From: Burkholderiales bacterium | Lineage (GTDB): Bacteria; Pseudomonadota; Gammaproteobacteria; Burkholderiales; Eutrophovitaceae | Assembly (NCBI GenBank): GCA_030834275.1 | Contig: JAURFP010000004.1 | Span: 1,191 to 63,269 of the forward strand | DNA: 62,079 nucleotides | Reading direction: 5' to 3' | In this document: positions 1-10,092 of the stretch, one piece after another | How the letters are laid out: every line of letters begins with the position of its first letter | How positions within the stretch are numbered: position 1 is the stretch's first letter | Notes under the pieces: model-generated | The model's input: only the letters and a program-made list of their open reading frames with translations | Told to the model about the DNA's origin: nothing | Databases searched by the model: none | Translations under genes and position numbers: made by a program

Positions 1-740
1 TCGTCGCAGGTTAAGAACGCTGTCCCCATTTGTACCCCAGACGCACCGAGTTGCAAAGCTGAGGTAACTCCACGGGCATCCATGATGCCTCCCGCCGCAA
101 CCACGGGTACAGATACCGAATCAACTACTTGAGGAACTAGAGCAAACAATCCTACAGTGGGAGGTAAATCGGGAGACAAAAAACTTCCACGGTGCCCCCC
201 AGCTTCAAAGCCTTGGGCGATGACCACATCGACTCCAGCTGCCTCGAGCTCGATAGCCTCCTTGACTGTTGTGGCCGAGCACAAGACCTTCGCACCGTTT
301 GATTTTGCGAACTCCACCAAATTGGCAGAGACGCCAAAGTGGAAACTTATCACCGGGACTTTTTCTTCCACCAATACTGCTAACTGATCCCAAGTTGGTC
401 CATAAATATTTTCTAGCTCTGGTAAACCTCCCAGATTGAGCTCATCGTGATAGCCCAGCACTAGATTGCGTAATTCTGGGCTAGGGACTATCCCTTCATC
501 AGAGGTTTTTTCCGAGATCGTAAATAGATTTACATTAAAGACCGATACACCCGCATCCCGAATCTCTCGGATAGAACGACGTAAGACATCAAGTTTGAAA
601 TTCGCAGCACCCAAACTAGCCAGCACACCACAATAGCCTGTGGCGACCGTGCTATTTACATTTGTCACCCCGGCCATCGGCGCTTGGATAATCGGGTGAT
701 TGATACGCAAAATCTCTAGAAGTCTTCTGTCTTTCCACAT
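1..740 (-). CDS. Nitronate monooxygenase / 2-nitropropane dioxygenase family FMN enzyme (3' end runs off the window)
   Basis: Not in the ORF track. Manual translation from ATG at 740 gives MWKDRRLLEILRINHPIIQAPMAG...FNVNLF...SFHFG...QGFEAGGHRG...AAGGIMDARG...GVQMGTAFL, the typical NMO motifs. Confidence 0.9.
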   Translation of the reverse strand, partial: MWKDRRLLEILRINHPIIQAPMAGVTNVNSTVATGYCGVLASLGAANFKLDVLRRSIREIRDAGVSVFNVNLFTISEKTSDEGIVPSPELRNLVLGYHDELNLGGLPELENIYGPTWDQLAVLVEEKVPVISFHFGVSANLVEFAKSNGAKVLCSATTVKEAIELEAAGVDVVIAQGFEAGGHRGSFLSPDLPPTVGLFALVPQVVDSVSVPVVAAGGIMDARGVTSALQLGASGVQMGTAFLTCD

Positions 741-842
741 CTACTCAACCTTAAATTCCAAAAAATAATTGGAGGATAATATACAATCCACAAACACTTA
801 AATAGAAACTATCTCGAATTTGTAAAGGTAAAATTTTAAACT

Positions 843-1406
843 ATGCGTACCCTAAGCTCGCTCATATTCGCAATTATCGCGATCCTAATTACTCCAAACC
901 TACTTGCGGATGGCTCCGAGCTAATTGGAGCATGTGCGCATTGTCATGGTACCGATGGGAACTCTAGCTCTGGTCAATATCCTAGCCTTGCGAAACAGAA
1001 CAAAGAGTACATCGTAAAGCAACTCAAAGACTTCAAAGCTGGGCACAGAACAAATGGCCAAATGTCTCCAATGGTGGGAATCCTCGAAGAAAATGACATG
1101 GTCTTACTTGCTGCGTATTACAACGATCAGAACCCTACAAAACAAAAAGGGATTGACGGCGAGCTCGTAAAGATGGGACAACAATTTGCCAAAGAACTTG
1201 GCTGTGCGAGCTGTCACAAAGCTAATTATCGGGGTGCCGCAGAAATTCCGCGGCTAGCCAGACAAAAACGTGTTTACCTAGAAAAATCGATGACAGATTT
1301 TCGCGATGGTAACCGCAAAAATGCTGACGGCACTAAAATCGATGCAATGAAGACGTTGACCGATGAGCAAATTGTCGCGATTTCGCATTACCTAGCGGGG
1401 ATGTAA
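843..1406 (+). CDS. Periplasmic diheme cytochrome c4/c553
   Basis: Signal peptide; two CxxCH motifs (CAHCH, CASCH); YPSLAKQ and IPRLARQ c4-type repeats. Confidence 0.92.
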   Translation: MRTLSSLIFAIIAILITPNLLADGSELIGACAHCHGTDGNSSSGQYPSLAKQNKEYIVKQLKDFKAGHRTNGQMSPMVGILEENDMVLLAAYYNDQNPTKQKGIDGELVKMGQQFAKELGCASCHKANYRGAAEIPRLARQKRVYLEKSMTDFRDGNRKNADGTKIDAMKTLTDEQIVAISHYLAGM

Positions 1407-1412
1407 CTTAAG

Positions 1413-2675
1413 TCACCGTCCTACGAATGGGAAGGTAACTAGCGGATCTTTCCCTGAAACAAGGTCGGCAACTGCCGCGCCAGATCCACAGGCTAAGGTC
1501 CATCCTAATGTGCCGTGGCCAGTGTTAAGGTAGACGTTCTTATGAGCTGTCCTACCAATGTAAGGCACGTTTGATGGCGTCGTTGGCCTCAGGCCTGCCC
1601 ATCGGATTGCGCGAGAATAATCGAGGCCTGCGTTTGGAAAAATCGACTTGACTCGAGAGGCTATCGCATCACACCGGTCCAAATTGATGCTCGTATCAAA
1701 CCCATTTAACTCAGCGGTACCTGCCATCCGGAGTTTGTCCCCAAGTCTAGACATCGCTATCTTTCCACCATCGTCGGTAATGCATACCGTAGGCACCCCG
1801 GATGGATCTGTGACTGGCACCGTAAGGGAATAACCTTTAACAGGAAAAACTGGTAAGTCAACGCCAATCAATTTGGTTATAAATGGACTATGACAACCAA
1901 GCGCTACTACAAAAGCGTCTCCCTCAACGGTTACGCCACCACTCGCGGTTTTAGTGCGAACGCCAGCAATACCCGAGTTCGTTTCGATAAAACCGGTGAT
2001 ATCGGCACCATAAAGAAACTCGACTCCAAATTTTTCTTTCGTAAGAGCGGCCAAACGCTGAGTGAATACATGCGCATCTCCCGATTCATCATCAGCCGCA
2101 TACGTCGCACCAACGATTGGCAGCAGCCTCGGGCCCTTGAAGGCTGGTTCTATTTCACAGATTCTCGAGAAATCGCAGATGGAAATTTGCAGTCCGTGCT
2201 CAATTAAGTTATCGATACGTTTGCAAGCTGTAGAAAACTCTTTCTCATCCGTATGAATCTGCAAAATCCCTCGGGTAACCTCGTCATACTGAATACCCGT
2301 CTCCGCACGCAGAGACTGAAGTTTTTCTCTGCTGTAAATCCCCAAACGGAGAATATCAAGAGTATTTTTCTGTGTCTTGCCAGGCAGGCACTCAATTAAA
2401 AACCGTAATGCCCATGACCATTGACGAGAATCCGCTCGTAAACGAAATTTGAGTGGAGCATCCTCACGACCAAGCCACTTGATAATCTTTGCAGGAGCTC
2501 CCGGATTTGCCCACGGCTCTGCTTGGCTGACCGAAATTTGACCACCGTTCGCAAAACTGGTGACAAGACCAGACGCAGGCTCGCGATCAATTACCGTGAC
2601 TCGATGCCCCTGTTTTGCAAGATACCATGCGGTGGTGGTTCCGATAACTCCCGCACCAAGTACGACGACTTTCAT
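1413..2675 (-). CDS. dadA: D-amino acid dehydrogenase
   Basis: GAGVIG FAD motif, TSFANGGQIS, WAGLRP, NTGHGTLGWT. Confidence 0.92.
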   Translation of the reverse strand: MKVVVLGAGVIGTTTAWYLAKQGHRVTVIDREPASGLVTSFANGGQISVSQAEPWANPGAPAKIIKWLGREDAPLKFRLRADSRQWSWALRFLIECLPGKTQKNTLDILRLGIYSREKLQSLRAETGIQYDEVTRGILQIHTDEKEFSTACKRIDNLIEHGLQISICDFSRICEIEPAFKGPRLLPIVGATYAADDESGDAHVFTQRLAALTKEKFGVEFLYGADITGFIETNSGIAGVRTKTASGGVTVEGDAFVVALGCHSPFITKLIGVDLPVFPVKGYSLTVPVTDPSGVPTVCITDDGGKIAMSRLGDKLRMAGTAELNGFDTSINLDRCDAIASRVKSIFPNAGLDYSRAIRWAGLRPTTPSNVPYIGRTAHKNVYLNTGHGTLGWTLACGSGAAVADLVSGKDPLVTFPFVGR

Positions 2676-2705
2676 ACGATAAATTATTTAAAAATTTTCT
2701 GATTG

Positions 2706-3464
2706 CTACTGAGCAACCCAAGCCCCGTCAGACAAAATGTCCGTACCGGTAATAAACGAAGCTCCCTCCGAGCAGATGAACTTCGCGATCTCACCGATCT
2801 CCTTTGGCTCCCCCCATCTTCTCGCCGGAACTGCCGAGAGAATTTGCTCGTTCTTAGTAGGATCTGCCCTCAAAGGAGCAGTGAGATCGGTTGCATAAAA
2901 TCCTGGGCCAATGGCAACGACATTAATACCGTCGTCAACCAACTCAAGTGCCATGGACTTGGTGATCGCGAGAACACCATGCTTGGTAGCACAGTAGGCT
3001 GCGCGGCCAACACTACCAACACGCGCCATGATCGAAGTGATATTAATGATCCTTCCCCACTTACGAGTTTTCATTTGTGGAACAAAAGCTCTCGAGCAGA
3101 GAAAAACTCCAGTCAAATTTGTATCAACGACGGTATTCCACTCATCCAAACTGAATTCGTGAAGATTTTTACGTATGGCGGTTCCCGCATTATTGATAAG
3201 GATATGTGCATCGCCAAGTTGTGATTTAACATCCTCTGCTAACTTTTCCACCTCGTTCTCTTTTCTTACATCGCAAGTCAAAACGATTGAATCCGTTCGC
3301 TGCTCGGACAAAAGATCGCGAGTTTCATTCAGCTTTTCCACATCACGTCCCACGCAAGCGATCGTTGCCCCCGCACTCCCGAGACTCAATGCCATCGCTC
3401 GCCCTAGGCCGCGACTGGCCCCTGTAATCACAGCTACCTTACCTTCGAGAAAACGCTCGGACAT
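2706..3464 (-). CDS. Short-chain dehydrogenase/reductase (gluconate 5-dehydrogenase/FabG-like)
   Basis: TGASRGLG, NNAG, YCATK catalytic motif. Confidence 0.88.
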   Translation of the reverse strand: MSERFLEGKVAVITGASRGLGRAMALSLGSAGATIACVGRDVEKLNETRDLLSEQRTDSIVLTCDVRKENEVEKLAEDVKSQLGDAHILINNAGTAIRKNLHEFSLDEWNTVVDTNLTGVFLCSRAFVPQMKTRKWGRIINITSIMARVGSVGRAAYCATKHGVLAITKSMALELVDDGINVVAIGPGFYATDLTAPLRADPTKNEQILSAVPARRWGEPKEIGEIAKFICSEGASFITGTDILSDGAWVAQ

Positions 3465-3575
3465 ACCACCACCTCTTCATTACAGTAAAACCCCAGTATA
3501 CAACCTCATAGATCACGCGATTTTCGGATATAGTCTTACCCCATTACACCTTTACTAAACCGATCAAATTTTTCA

Positions 3576-5243
3576 ATGGTTCAACGCAGACACGAAAAAC
3601 ACTGGCCCGAGCACTTACCACAGACGCTTGAAGTACCCGGTCATTCCCTATTCCAAAATCTTGTAGAGACCGCATCAAAATTTCCGACCAAAGAAGCCAT
3701 CGTGTTCTACGGAAGGACGATTTCTTATCAAGAACTGCTCGACACCACAAAAGCGCTATCTATTTTTTTGATTGAGACTTGCAAAATAAGCCCGGGTGAC
3801 CGCGTTTTACTCGACCTGCAATCATCCCCACAATTTGTCATAGGGTATTACGCAATACTTGGATGTGGCGCAATTGTCGTTCCAGTAAGCCCGATGAATG
3901 TATCGAATGAGCTCGAGCATTATTTATCCGACTCGGATGCGAGAGCAGCAATCATAGGTCAAGATCTTCTCGCTGAATTTTCAAAGTTACTAGATAAAAA
4001 AGCGGTACACCTGATTGTTGCTCAGTATGCAGACTACGTCGAGGACACAAACGTATCTGACTATCCGAGCTTTATTTCGACTAGTACTGCGATTCCTGAA
4101 ACCAAAAATATCTCAATTTGGAAGACAGCAATCCAGTCAACCAAAACCGCAGCGCTACCCAGAACAAAACCCAGTGATCTCGCGGCAATTCTCTACACTT
4201 CGGGGACGACAGGATTACCTAAGGGGTGTATGCATTCGCATGAAACAATCATGAGAACAGCCGTTGGTGCGGTCGTATGGGAAGAAATGGACTCAAACTC
4301 TCGTCTGTTATGTACAGCGCCTATGTTTCATGTCACCGGTATGCAACACAGTTTGAATGCCGGCATCTTGGCAGGCGCGACTCTAGTGATCCTCCCTCGA
4401 TGGAACCCGACGATGGCGGGCGCTTTAATTGAGAGATATGGATGCACGCATTGGGCGAACGTCCCTACGATGGTAGTTGATTTACTCGCAGATCCCGCAA
4501 CGGCCAAGCGCGATTTAAGCTCAATGAAAAATATTTTTGGCGGAGGATCTTCTATGCCGGAGGCTGTTGCCCAAAAATTATTCGAGCGATGCGGTATTCG
4601 CTACATGGAGGCATACGGGATGACAGAAACCATATCTCAGACCCACATGAATCCTCACCACGAATTGCGCAAACAGTGCCTCGGCATCCCTACGTTCGAT
4701 ACTCTATCAACGGTTATTGACCCAGAGACACTCGAGGAACTCGGCCCTAACGTGACTGGAGAGATTATCTCATCCGGCCCACAAGTCATGATCGGGTATT
4801 GGCAGCGAGACGATGCCAACAAAGAGGCCTTTATCGATATTGAGGGGCAACGATTTTTTAGAACCGGGGACCTTGGTCGATACGATGAAGATGGATTTTT
4901 TTATATTTCCGATCGATTAAAACGCATGATTAACGCAGCGGGTTATAAAGTTTGGCCAGCTGAGGTTGAAATGACACTATATAAACATCCTGGCATTAAG
5001 GAGGTAGCGATTATCTCAAGTCCTGACGCTCGAAAAGGAGAAACGGTCAAGGCCATTGTTGTTCCCCAAGACGAATTCCGAGAAAAAATCTCGGGAGACG
5101 ATATTATTAAATGGGCAAGAGAAAATATGGCGGCGTACAAGATACCGAGGAGCGTCGAATTCATAGACGCTTTACCTAGATCAGGAACGGGAAAAATTCA
5201 ATGGCGACTCCTGCAGGAAAAAGAATGGGAAGGTAAATCCTGA
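3576..5243 (+). CDS. Long-chain fatty acid--CoA ligase (AMP-binding family)
   Basis: YTSGTTGLPKG, YGMTE, RTGDLG, PRSGTGK. Confidence 0.9.
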   Translation: MVQRRHEKHWPEHLPQTLEVPGHSLFQNLVETASKFPTKEAIVFYGRTISYQELLDTTKALSIFLIETCKISPGDRVLLDLQSSPQFVIGYYAILGCGAIVVPVSPMNVSNELEHYLSDSDARAAIIGQDLLAEFSKLLDKKAVHLIVAQYADYVEDTNVSDYPSFISTSTAIPETKNISIWKTAIQSTKTAALPRTKPSDLAAILYTSGTTGLPKGCMHSHETIMRTAVGAVVWEEMDSNSRLLCTAPMFHVTGMQHSLNAGILAGATLVILPRWNPTMAGALIERYGCTHWANVPTMVVDLLADPATAKRDLSSMKNIFGGGSSMPEAVAQKLFERCGIRYMEAYGMTETISQTHMNPHHELRKQCLGIPTFDTLSTVIDPETLEELGPNVTGEIISSGPQVMIGYWQRDDANKEAFIDIEGQRFFRTGDLGRYDEDGFFYISDRLKRMINAAGYKVWPAEVEMTLYKHPGIKEVAIISSPDARKGETVKAIVVPQDEFREKISGDDIIKWARENMAAYKIPRSVEFIDALPRSGTGKIQWRLLQEKEWEGKS

Positions 5244-5301
5244 TATGCGACGACTAACAATACCATCGCAAAATTCCTCTGAACCGCATTGAGGTATTCA
5301 A

Positions 5302-6591
5302 ATGAGTCAGATCAATTCATTAGAGCAGGAAATCATCTCAGCGATTCGCGAATCTGAGAATGAGATCATAGACCTGATAAGGGACCTTGTTTCACATCCA
5401 AGTCTTCTCGGTTATGAGAAAAGCGGGCAAGACTTCATGGAAGACCAATTCCTTAAATTGGGCCTAGAGGTCGACCGGTTTGAGATTGATAACGATGCCC
5501 TTTGCAAGGTTAAGGGCTATTCACCCCCCGTCGGTGAGTGGAAAAATCACGAGAATGTCGTCGGAAAATTTCGATCAAAAAAACAGATAGGCAAGTCACT
5601 CATATTGAACGGGCATATCGATGTAGTACCAGTGGGCTCAGAGGAACTGTGGTCCAGCCATCCATTTTCTCCAGTGGTGCGAAACGGTCGGATATATGGT
5701 CGCGGTAGTGGGGATATGAAAGCGGGTATAGCTGCCTACTTAGTGGCATATCGAGCAATCAAAAATCTGGGCTACGTGCCCGCTGCGGACGTAATACTTC
5801 AGTCAGTTGTCGAAGAAGAGTGTACGGGAAACGGAGCGCTAGCGTGTCTTCACCGAGGTTATACCGCGGACGCCGCAATCATTCCTGAACCCTTCAACGA
5901 AACCATCATGTCTGCGCAGGTCGGGGTTATGTGGCTTCAAATCGAGGTGACGGGAAAACCTGCGCACGTACTGAACGACACCAGTGGAATCAATGCCATT
6001 GAGAGTGCATTTCAAATTTGGCAGCACTTAAAAACACTCGCAACCGATTGGAACGATCCTGTACGAAGACATCCCGCCTTCGCTAAAACTAAAAATCCTA
6101 TTAAATTTAATTTAGGAAAAATTCAAGGTGGGGAGTGGGCCTCATCCCTACCGACCAAATGTCAGATGGATATTCGATGTGGTTTCTTTCCAGATGAGGA
6201 ACCAGATTCTGTTCGCACGGCTATAGAGAATCATCTCGCACGCAGTATCAAAACTGATCCACGTCTTGAGGGTGTCTACTACAAAATATCCTACGCCGGA
6301 TTTCAATCGCCTGGTTGCGTTGTCGATACGACATCGCAACCAATACAAACGTTAGCGAGCGCACATCACGATGTTCTCGGAAAAGACGTGGAGCTATTCG
6401 CAAGCGCTGCAACTACGGATGTTAGAACATTTGAAATCTACGGAAAAATACCGGCCACGTGTTATGGGCCTGAGGCAACCAATATTCATGCGATAGACGA
6501 ATCAGTCTCCATCGAAAGTTCTCTCAAGGTTGCTTCAGTACTGGCGATATTTATAGCGAGATGGTGTCAGCTCGAAAAAGTAATTACTTAG
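5302..6591 (+). CDS. ArgE/DapE family M20 deacylase
   Basis: LNGHIDVVP, GRGSGDMKAG, EEECTGNG, IHAIDE metal-binding motifs. Confidence 0.9.
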   Translation: MSQINSLEQEIISAIRESENEIIDLIRDLVSHPSLLGYEKSGQDFMEDQFLKLGLEVDRFEIDNDALCKVKGYSPPVGEWKNHENVVGKFRSKKQIGKSLILNGHIDVVPVGSEELWSSHPFSPVVRNGRIYGRGSGDMKAGIAAYLVAYRAIKNLGYVPAADVILQSVVEEECTGNGALACLHRGYTADAAIIPEPFNETIMSAQVGVMWLQIEVTGKPAHVLNDTSGINAIESAFQIWQHLKTLATDWNDPVRRHPAFAKTKNPIKFNLGKIQGGEWASSLPTKCQMDIRCGFFPDEEPDSVRTAIENHLARSIKTDPRLEGVYYKISYAGFQSPGCVVDTTSQPIQTLASAHHDVLGKDVELFASAATTDVRTFEIYGKIPATCYGPEATNIHAIDESVSIESSLKVASVLAIFIARWCQLEKVIT

Positions 6592-8287
6592 CTTTTAAAA
6601 AATCAAAGTCACACCCATCTGGCGCTTGAGTAACTGTCTCTCGATATAGCTTCGAGTACCCTCGTTCAGGAATTACGGGTGGCTGCCAACCACTTCGACG
6701 GCGTTGGAGTTCCGATGGCTCTACCAAAAGCTCAAGCACTTTATTCTTTACCGAAATACGAATCCGGTCACCGTTTTCTACGAATGCAAGATTTCCCCCC
6801 GAGGCAGCATCAGGTGATACATGAAGCACCACAGTCCCAAAAGCAGTACCGCTCATCCTAGCGTCCGAGATTCGTACCATGTCTTTCACCCCAGCAGACG
6901 CAAGCTTTTTCGGAATGGGCAAGTAACCAGCCTCGGGCATACAGGATTCACTCTTCGGGCCCGCGTTCTTTAAAACTAAAAAATCATCTGCAGTTACATC
7001 CAAGTCTGGCGAGTCGATCCTTTCCGATAAATCTTCAAGCGAATTAAATACGACTGCTCGCCCCTCTTTTTCAAATAAATTTGGATCTGCCGCTGCGCGC
7101 TTTAATATTGCGCCAGTCGGTGCAAGGGACCCGAAAAGAGCAACCAACCCACCCTCTTTTTGGTAGGGATCACTGAAAGGTCGGACCACATCGCGATCAA
7201 CCCAAGTAGGAGCCACCTTCAACCGTTCGCCTAACGTTTCTCCAGTCACAGTCATGCAGTCTAGGTTTAATTGTTCACGAAGCTCCCAAAGCACAGCCTG
7301 AAGCCCACCTGCAGCAAATAAATCTTGCATGTAGTGCTCACCGGTTGGCTTGAGATTCACTAATACCGGAGTTTCATCAGAGAGACGATTGAGCTCCTCA
7401 AGTGATAGTTCGATGCCGCAACGTCCAGCTACTGCCGCTAAATGAATCACCGCATTCGTTGAACCACTGATCGCCAACAATACGCGTAGGGCATTCTCGA
7501 CTGAGTCTCGAGTTATGACTGACCTGGGCAGCGGCCCTCGATCAACCGCCATTTCCATTGCTCTCTCGCCACATGCTTCAGCAAGCCGCAATCGATCCGC
7601 ATGTACCGCAGGAATCGCAGCACTATTTGGAAGTCCCATTCCAAGCGCCTCAGTAATGCTCGCCATCGTGCTCGCGGTTCCCATGACCGCACAACTACCA
7701 GCCGTCGTCGCCAACTTACCTTCGATTTCGTCGATTTGCGCATCTGAGATTTCGCCCGCTCTGTAACGCCCCCAGAATCTTCGGCAGTCCGTGCACGCTC
7801 CCAAGCGCTCACCTTGAAAAGGCAGCGCGAGCATGGGTCCCGTTACGAGCTGAATACTCGGGACATTAGCAGATGCCGCCCCCATCAGTTGGGCTGGAAC
7901 GGTTTTGTCACAACCCCCAATCAGCACGCACGCATCCATTGGCTGCGCTCGAATCATCTCCTCGACATCCATCGCCATCAGATTTCGGAATTTCATGCTA
8001 GTGGGAGAGAGAAAGACTTCCCCCAAGGAGGTAGTCGGAAAGTCGATCGGTAACCCTCCACGCTTCAATACACCCCGTTTAACTGCCTCGACTAACTCTG
8101 GCATGGAGCGATGACAATTATTGAACCCACTCGGAGATGTTGCGATACCGATGATTGGCCGGTCAAGGGTATCTACAGAATACCCCATAGACCTAGCAAA
8201 CGATCTTCTCAGATAGGCAGCAAACCCGGGGTCACCGTAATTCGTAAGATTCCCTTCGATGCCCAAAGTCTTATTTTTTTTACTCAT
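6584..8287 (-). CDS. IlvD/Edd family [2Fe-2S] dehydratase (dihydroxy-acid / sugar-acid dehydratase-like)
   Basis: NNCH, GGCDKT and GSCAVMGTA cysteines, GSTNA, SDARMSGT; likely ATG at 8287 overlaps the upstream stop (ATGA). Confidence 0.9.
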   Translation of the reverse strand: MSKKNKTLGIEGNLTNYGDPGFAAYLRRSFARSMGYSVDTLDRPIIGIATSPSGFNNCHRSMPELVEAVKRGVLKRGGLPIDFPTTSLGEVFLSPTSMKFRNLMAMDVEEMIRAQPMDACVLIGGCDKTVPAQLMGAASANVPSIQLVTGPMLALPFQGERLGACTDCRRFWGRYRAGEISDAQIDEIEGKLATTAGSCAVMGTASTMASITEALGMGLPNSAAIPAVHADRLRLAEACGERAMEMAVDRGPLPRSVITRDSVENALRVLLAISGSTNAVIHLAAVAGRCGIELSLEELNRLSDETPVLVNLKPTGEHYMQDLFAAGGLQAVLWELREQLNLDCMTVTGETLGERLKVAPTWVDRDVVRPFSDPYQKEGGLVALFGSLAPTGAILKRAAADPNLFEKEGRAVVFNSLEDLSERIDSPDLDVTADDFLVLKNAGPKSESCMPEAGYLPIPKKLASAGVKDMVRISDARMSGTAFGTVVLHVSPDAASGGNLAFVENGDRIRISVKNKVLELLVEPSELQRRRSGWQPPVIPERGYSKLYRETVTQAPDGCDFDFLKAK

Positions 8288-8748
8288 TCGTGAGGCCACT
8301 GCCCTGTTCTACGTGATACATAACCACGCCAGATATGAATGCCTGCCAAAACCGGAAATCCAAGACCGAGGACCCAATGAAGAATAGACGTGAAATCTCG
8401 AATTGACTCGCCGCTTAGGTAATATAAAAAATATCCAGATAGACTCAGCACCGTCATTACTGTGAAAAAAATACTACCGGTAGCAATATTACGATTCAGA
8501 GCCCAAGCACGTGGGATATGTCCAGGAAGAACCGAACCAAAACCAATGAGCATCAGGGCGGCTGAAATTCCATGTACTTTTAGTAACAGAGGTTCTAGCG
8601 GATGATGTAAGAGCCCGAATTCTCCCTCCACTCGCACAAAATGATGAAGGTATACCCATATAATCCCCGACAAGGTGAGCACGCCACCTACGATGTAGAG
8701 ATAAACACGCTGAATATTTCCAAGCCTCATTGCAGTTGTCGTCATCAC
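8284..8748 (-). CDS. Four-TM membrane protein with intramembrane His residues (flavinylation-associated, cytochrome b-like)
   Basis: Four hydrophobic segments with His in LKVHG, PGHI, ILHW and GIHI; directly downstream of apbE. Confidence 0.7.
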   Translation of the reverse strand: MMTTTAMRLGNIQRVYLYIVGGVLTLSGIIWVYLHHFVRVEGEFGLLHHPLEPLLLKVHGISAALMLIGFGSVLPGHIPRAWALNRNIATGSIFFTVMTVLSLSGYFLYYLSGESIRDFTSILHWVLGLGFPVLAGIHIWRGYVSRRTGQWPHE

Positions 8749-8749
8749 A

Positions 8750-9556
8750 CTAATTTATAACTGAAAATCCGTCTCTCGTAATTAAAAATGCTTTAGCGTC
8801 CAGGTTGCTTAATAATGACGATGAAGCGTTACCCAAAAGCAGCGCACACTTAGCAAGCGCATCAGCATCGAGGCACGTCGCCGCAATAACCGAGGCCGAT
8901 TCATTTTTCGATACCATTTCACCAGTGCTACCATGATATACCACCCCCGATTGCTCGAACCCTGAACTATCTCGCATTCGGGCACTGGTCGCAAAAGCTT
9001 TATCACAAACGCTCAGAGAGGCGACCGAATACTCAGGTCTGCTCGGATCACGTACATAGACCTCAACGGGTTCTCCGATTGCTCGTAGATCCCCACCCGC
9101 ATTTACGCACACCGATGAGACACCTTCGCTAAAAATAAATTCAGCGGCTATATCAACAGCATAACCTTTCGCAATTCCTCCAAGGTCGATCGTACTGGAA
9201 GTATGTTTTTTAACAACAGTTTGATCTGAGAAGGCTATGACTTCATTGAGCGGCATCTGATCTTTTACAACATTAAACACGCCACCACTTATTCGGTAAA
9301 AATATTCAGCCTTTCGAAGAACGAAGAGCGTTCGCGGATCAATATCCAGAGGCTGGTTAGTTTTTGCCCCATTAATACGACTGACGTCACTACGAGGATC
9401 GAAATAACTTAAGAGATTCTGGATATCTGAAATACGTTCAAACGCAGTAGTAGCGAGACTCTGTAAGCGTTCCTCGTCATCTCCCGATATTGAAATTTCA
9501 ACAATTGTCCCCAGAAGAGGACGCGCTCGCTTAATGGTCGCGTAGGAGCAGATCAT
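8750..9556 (-). CDS. apbE: FAD:protein FMN transferase (short ApbE, no visible signal peptide)
   Basis: LLGTIVEI, SDVSRIN, DLGGIAKGYAVD, NAGGDL, ADALAK. Confidence 0.88.
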   Translation of the reverse strand: MICSYATIKRARPLLGTIVEISISGDDEERLQSLATTAFERISDIQNLLSYFDPRSDVSRINGAKTNQPLDIDPRTLFVLRKAEYFYRISGGVFNVVKDQMPLNEVIAFSDQTVVKKHTSSTIDLGGIAKGYAVDIAAEFIFSEGVSSVCVNAGGDLRAIGEPVEVYVRDPSRPEYSVASLSVCDKAFATSARMRDSSGFEQSGVVYHGSTGEMVSKNESASVIAATCLDADALAKCALLLGNASSSLLSNLDAKAFLITRDGFSVIN

Positions 9557-10079
9557 AAGTCGCGAGCACGCGGTTGACGCCTTCAGTAATGTGCCGGCAA
9601 GAGAGCGTCGCGCCCGAAATATTTTTTATCTCATCCCCAAGACCAAAAACTTTCCCTGGTTTTCTTCCCTTAAATTGAGCTCGCCACGCTGGATTTCTGA
9701 TCTCGTAACCATAGCTTTCTCGATATACAAGTATCTCAATTTGAAGTACCGTACCATCCTTATCAAGGGCAATCGCATAGGTGATGAACTGATGCTTTCC
9801 AATCACCTCATCAACTACAAAATATCCAGAGGGTTCCCCGTCTCGAAAAACTTTCCAAACTGGCAAGACATCTCTTTCGACCTGCACCTTTGAGGCCACC
9901 TTTATAGCATTACGGACGGCACCATCAAGACTTAGATCCGCGCGCTCAAAGTGAGCGGATTTACCAAACATAATTTTTTGCGCCTGCTCAACTGTCATGT
10001 ACTCCGCCGCAAAAACTGGTGACGCCGCAGCGATGCCGACTAGTGGGAGCGCTGCAATTTTGATCCAATCATGTTCCAT
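9531..10079 (-). CDS. Exported FMN-binding (flavinylation target) protein
   Basis: Signal peptide ending VFA; NISGATLS matches the [D/N]xx[S/T]GA[S/T] flavinylation motif; YRESYGYEI. Confidence 0.88.
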   Translation of the reverse strand: MEHDWIKIAALPLVGIAAASPVFAAEYMTVEQAQKIMFGKSAHFERADLSLDGAVRNAIKVASKVQVERDVLPVWKVFRDGEPSGYFVVDEVIGKHQFITYAIALDKDGTVLQIEILVYRESYGYEIRNPAWRAQFKGRKPGKVFGLGDEIKNISGATLSCRHITEGVNRVLATYDLLLRDH

Positions 10080-10092
10080 AAAAATTTACGTC

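Noticed and set aside
152-393. Three short ORFs in the ORF track
   Set aside because: Shadows of the nitronate monooxygenase reading frame on the minus strand (740 to the edge)
2703-3224. 173-aa plus-strand ORF
   Set aside because: Lies antisense to a well-formed SDR and has no motifs
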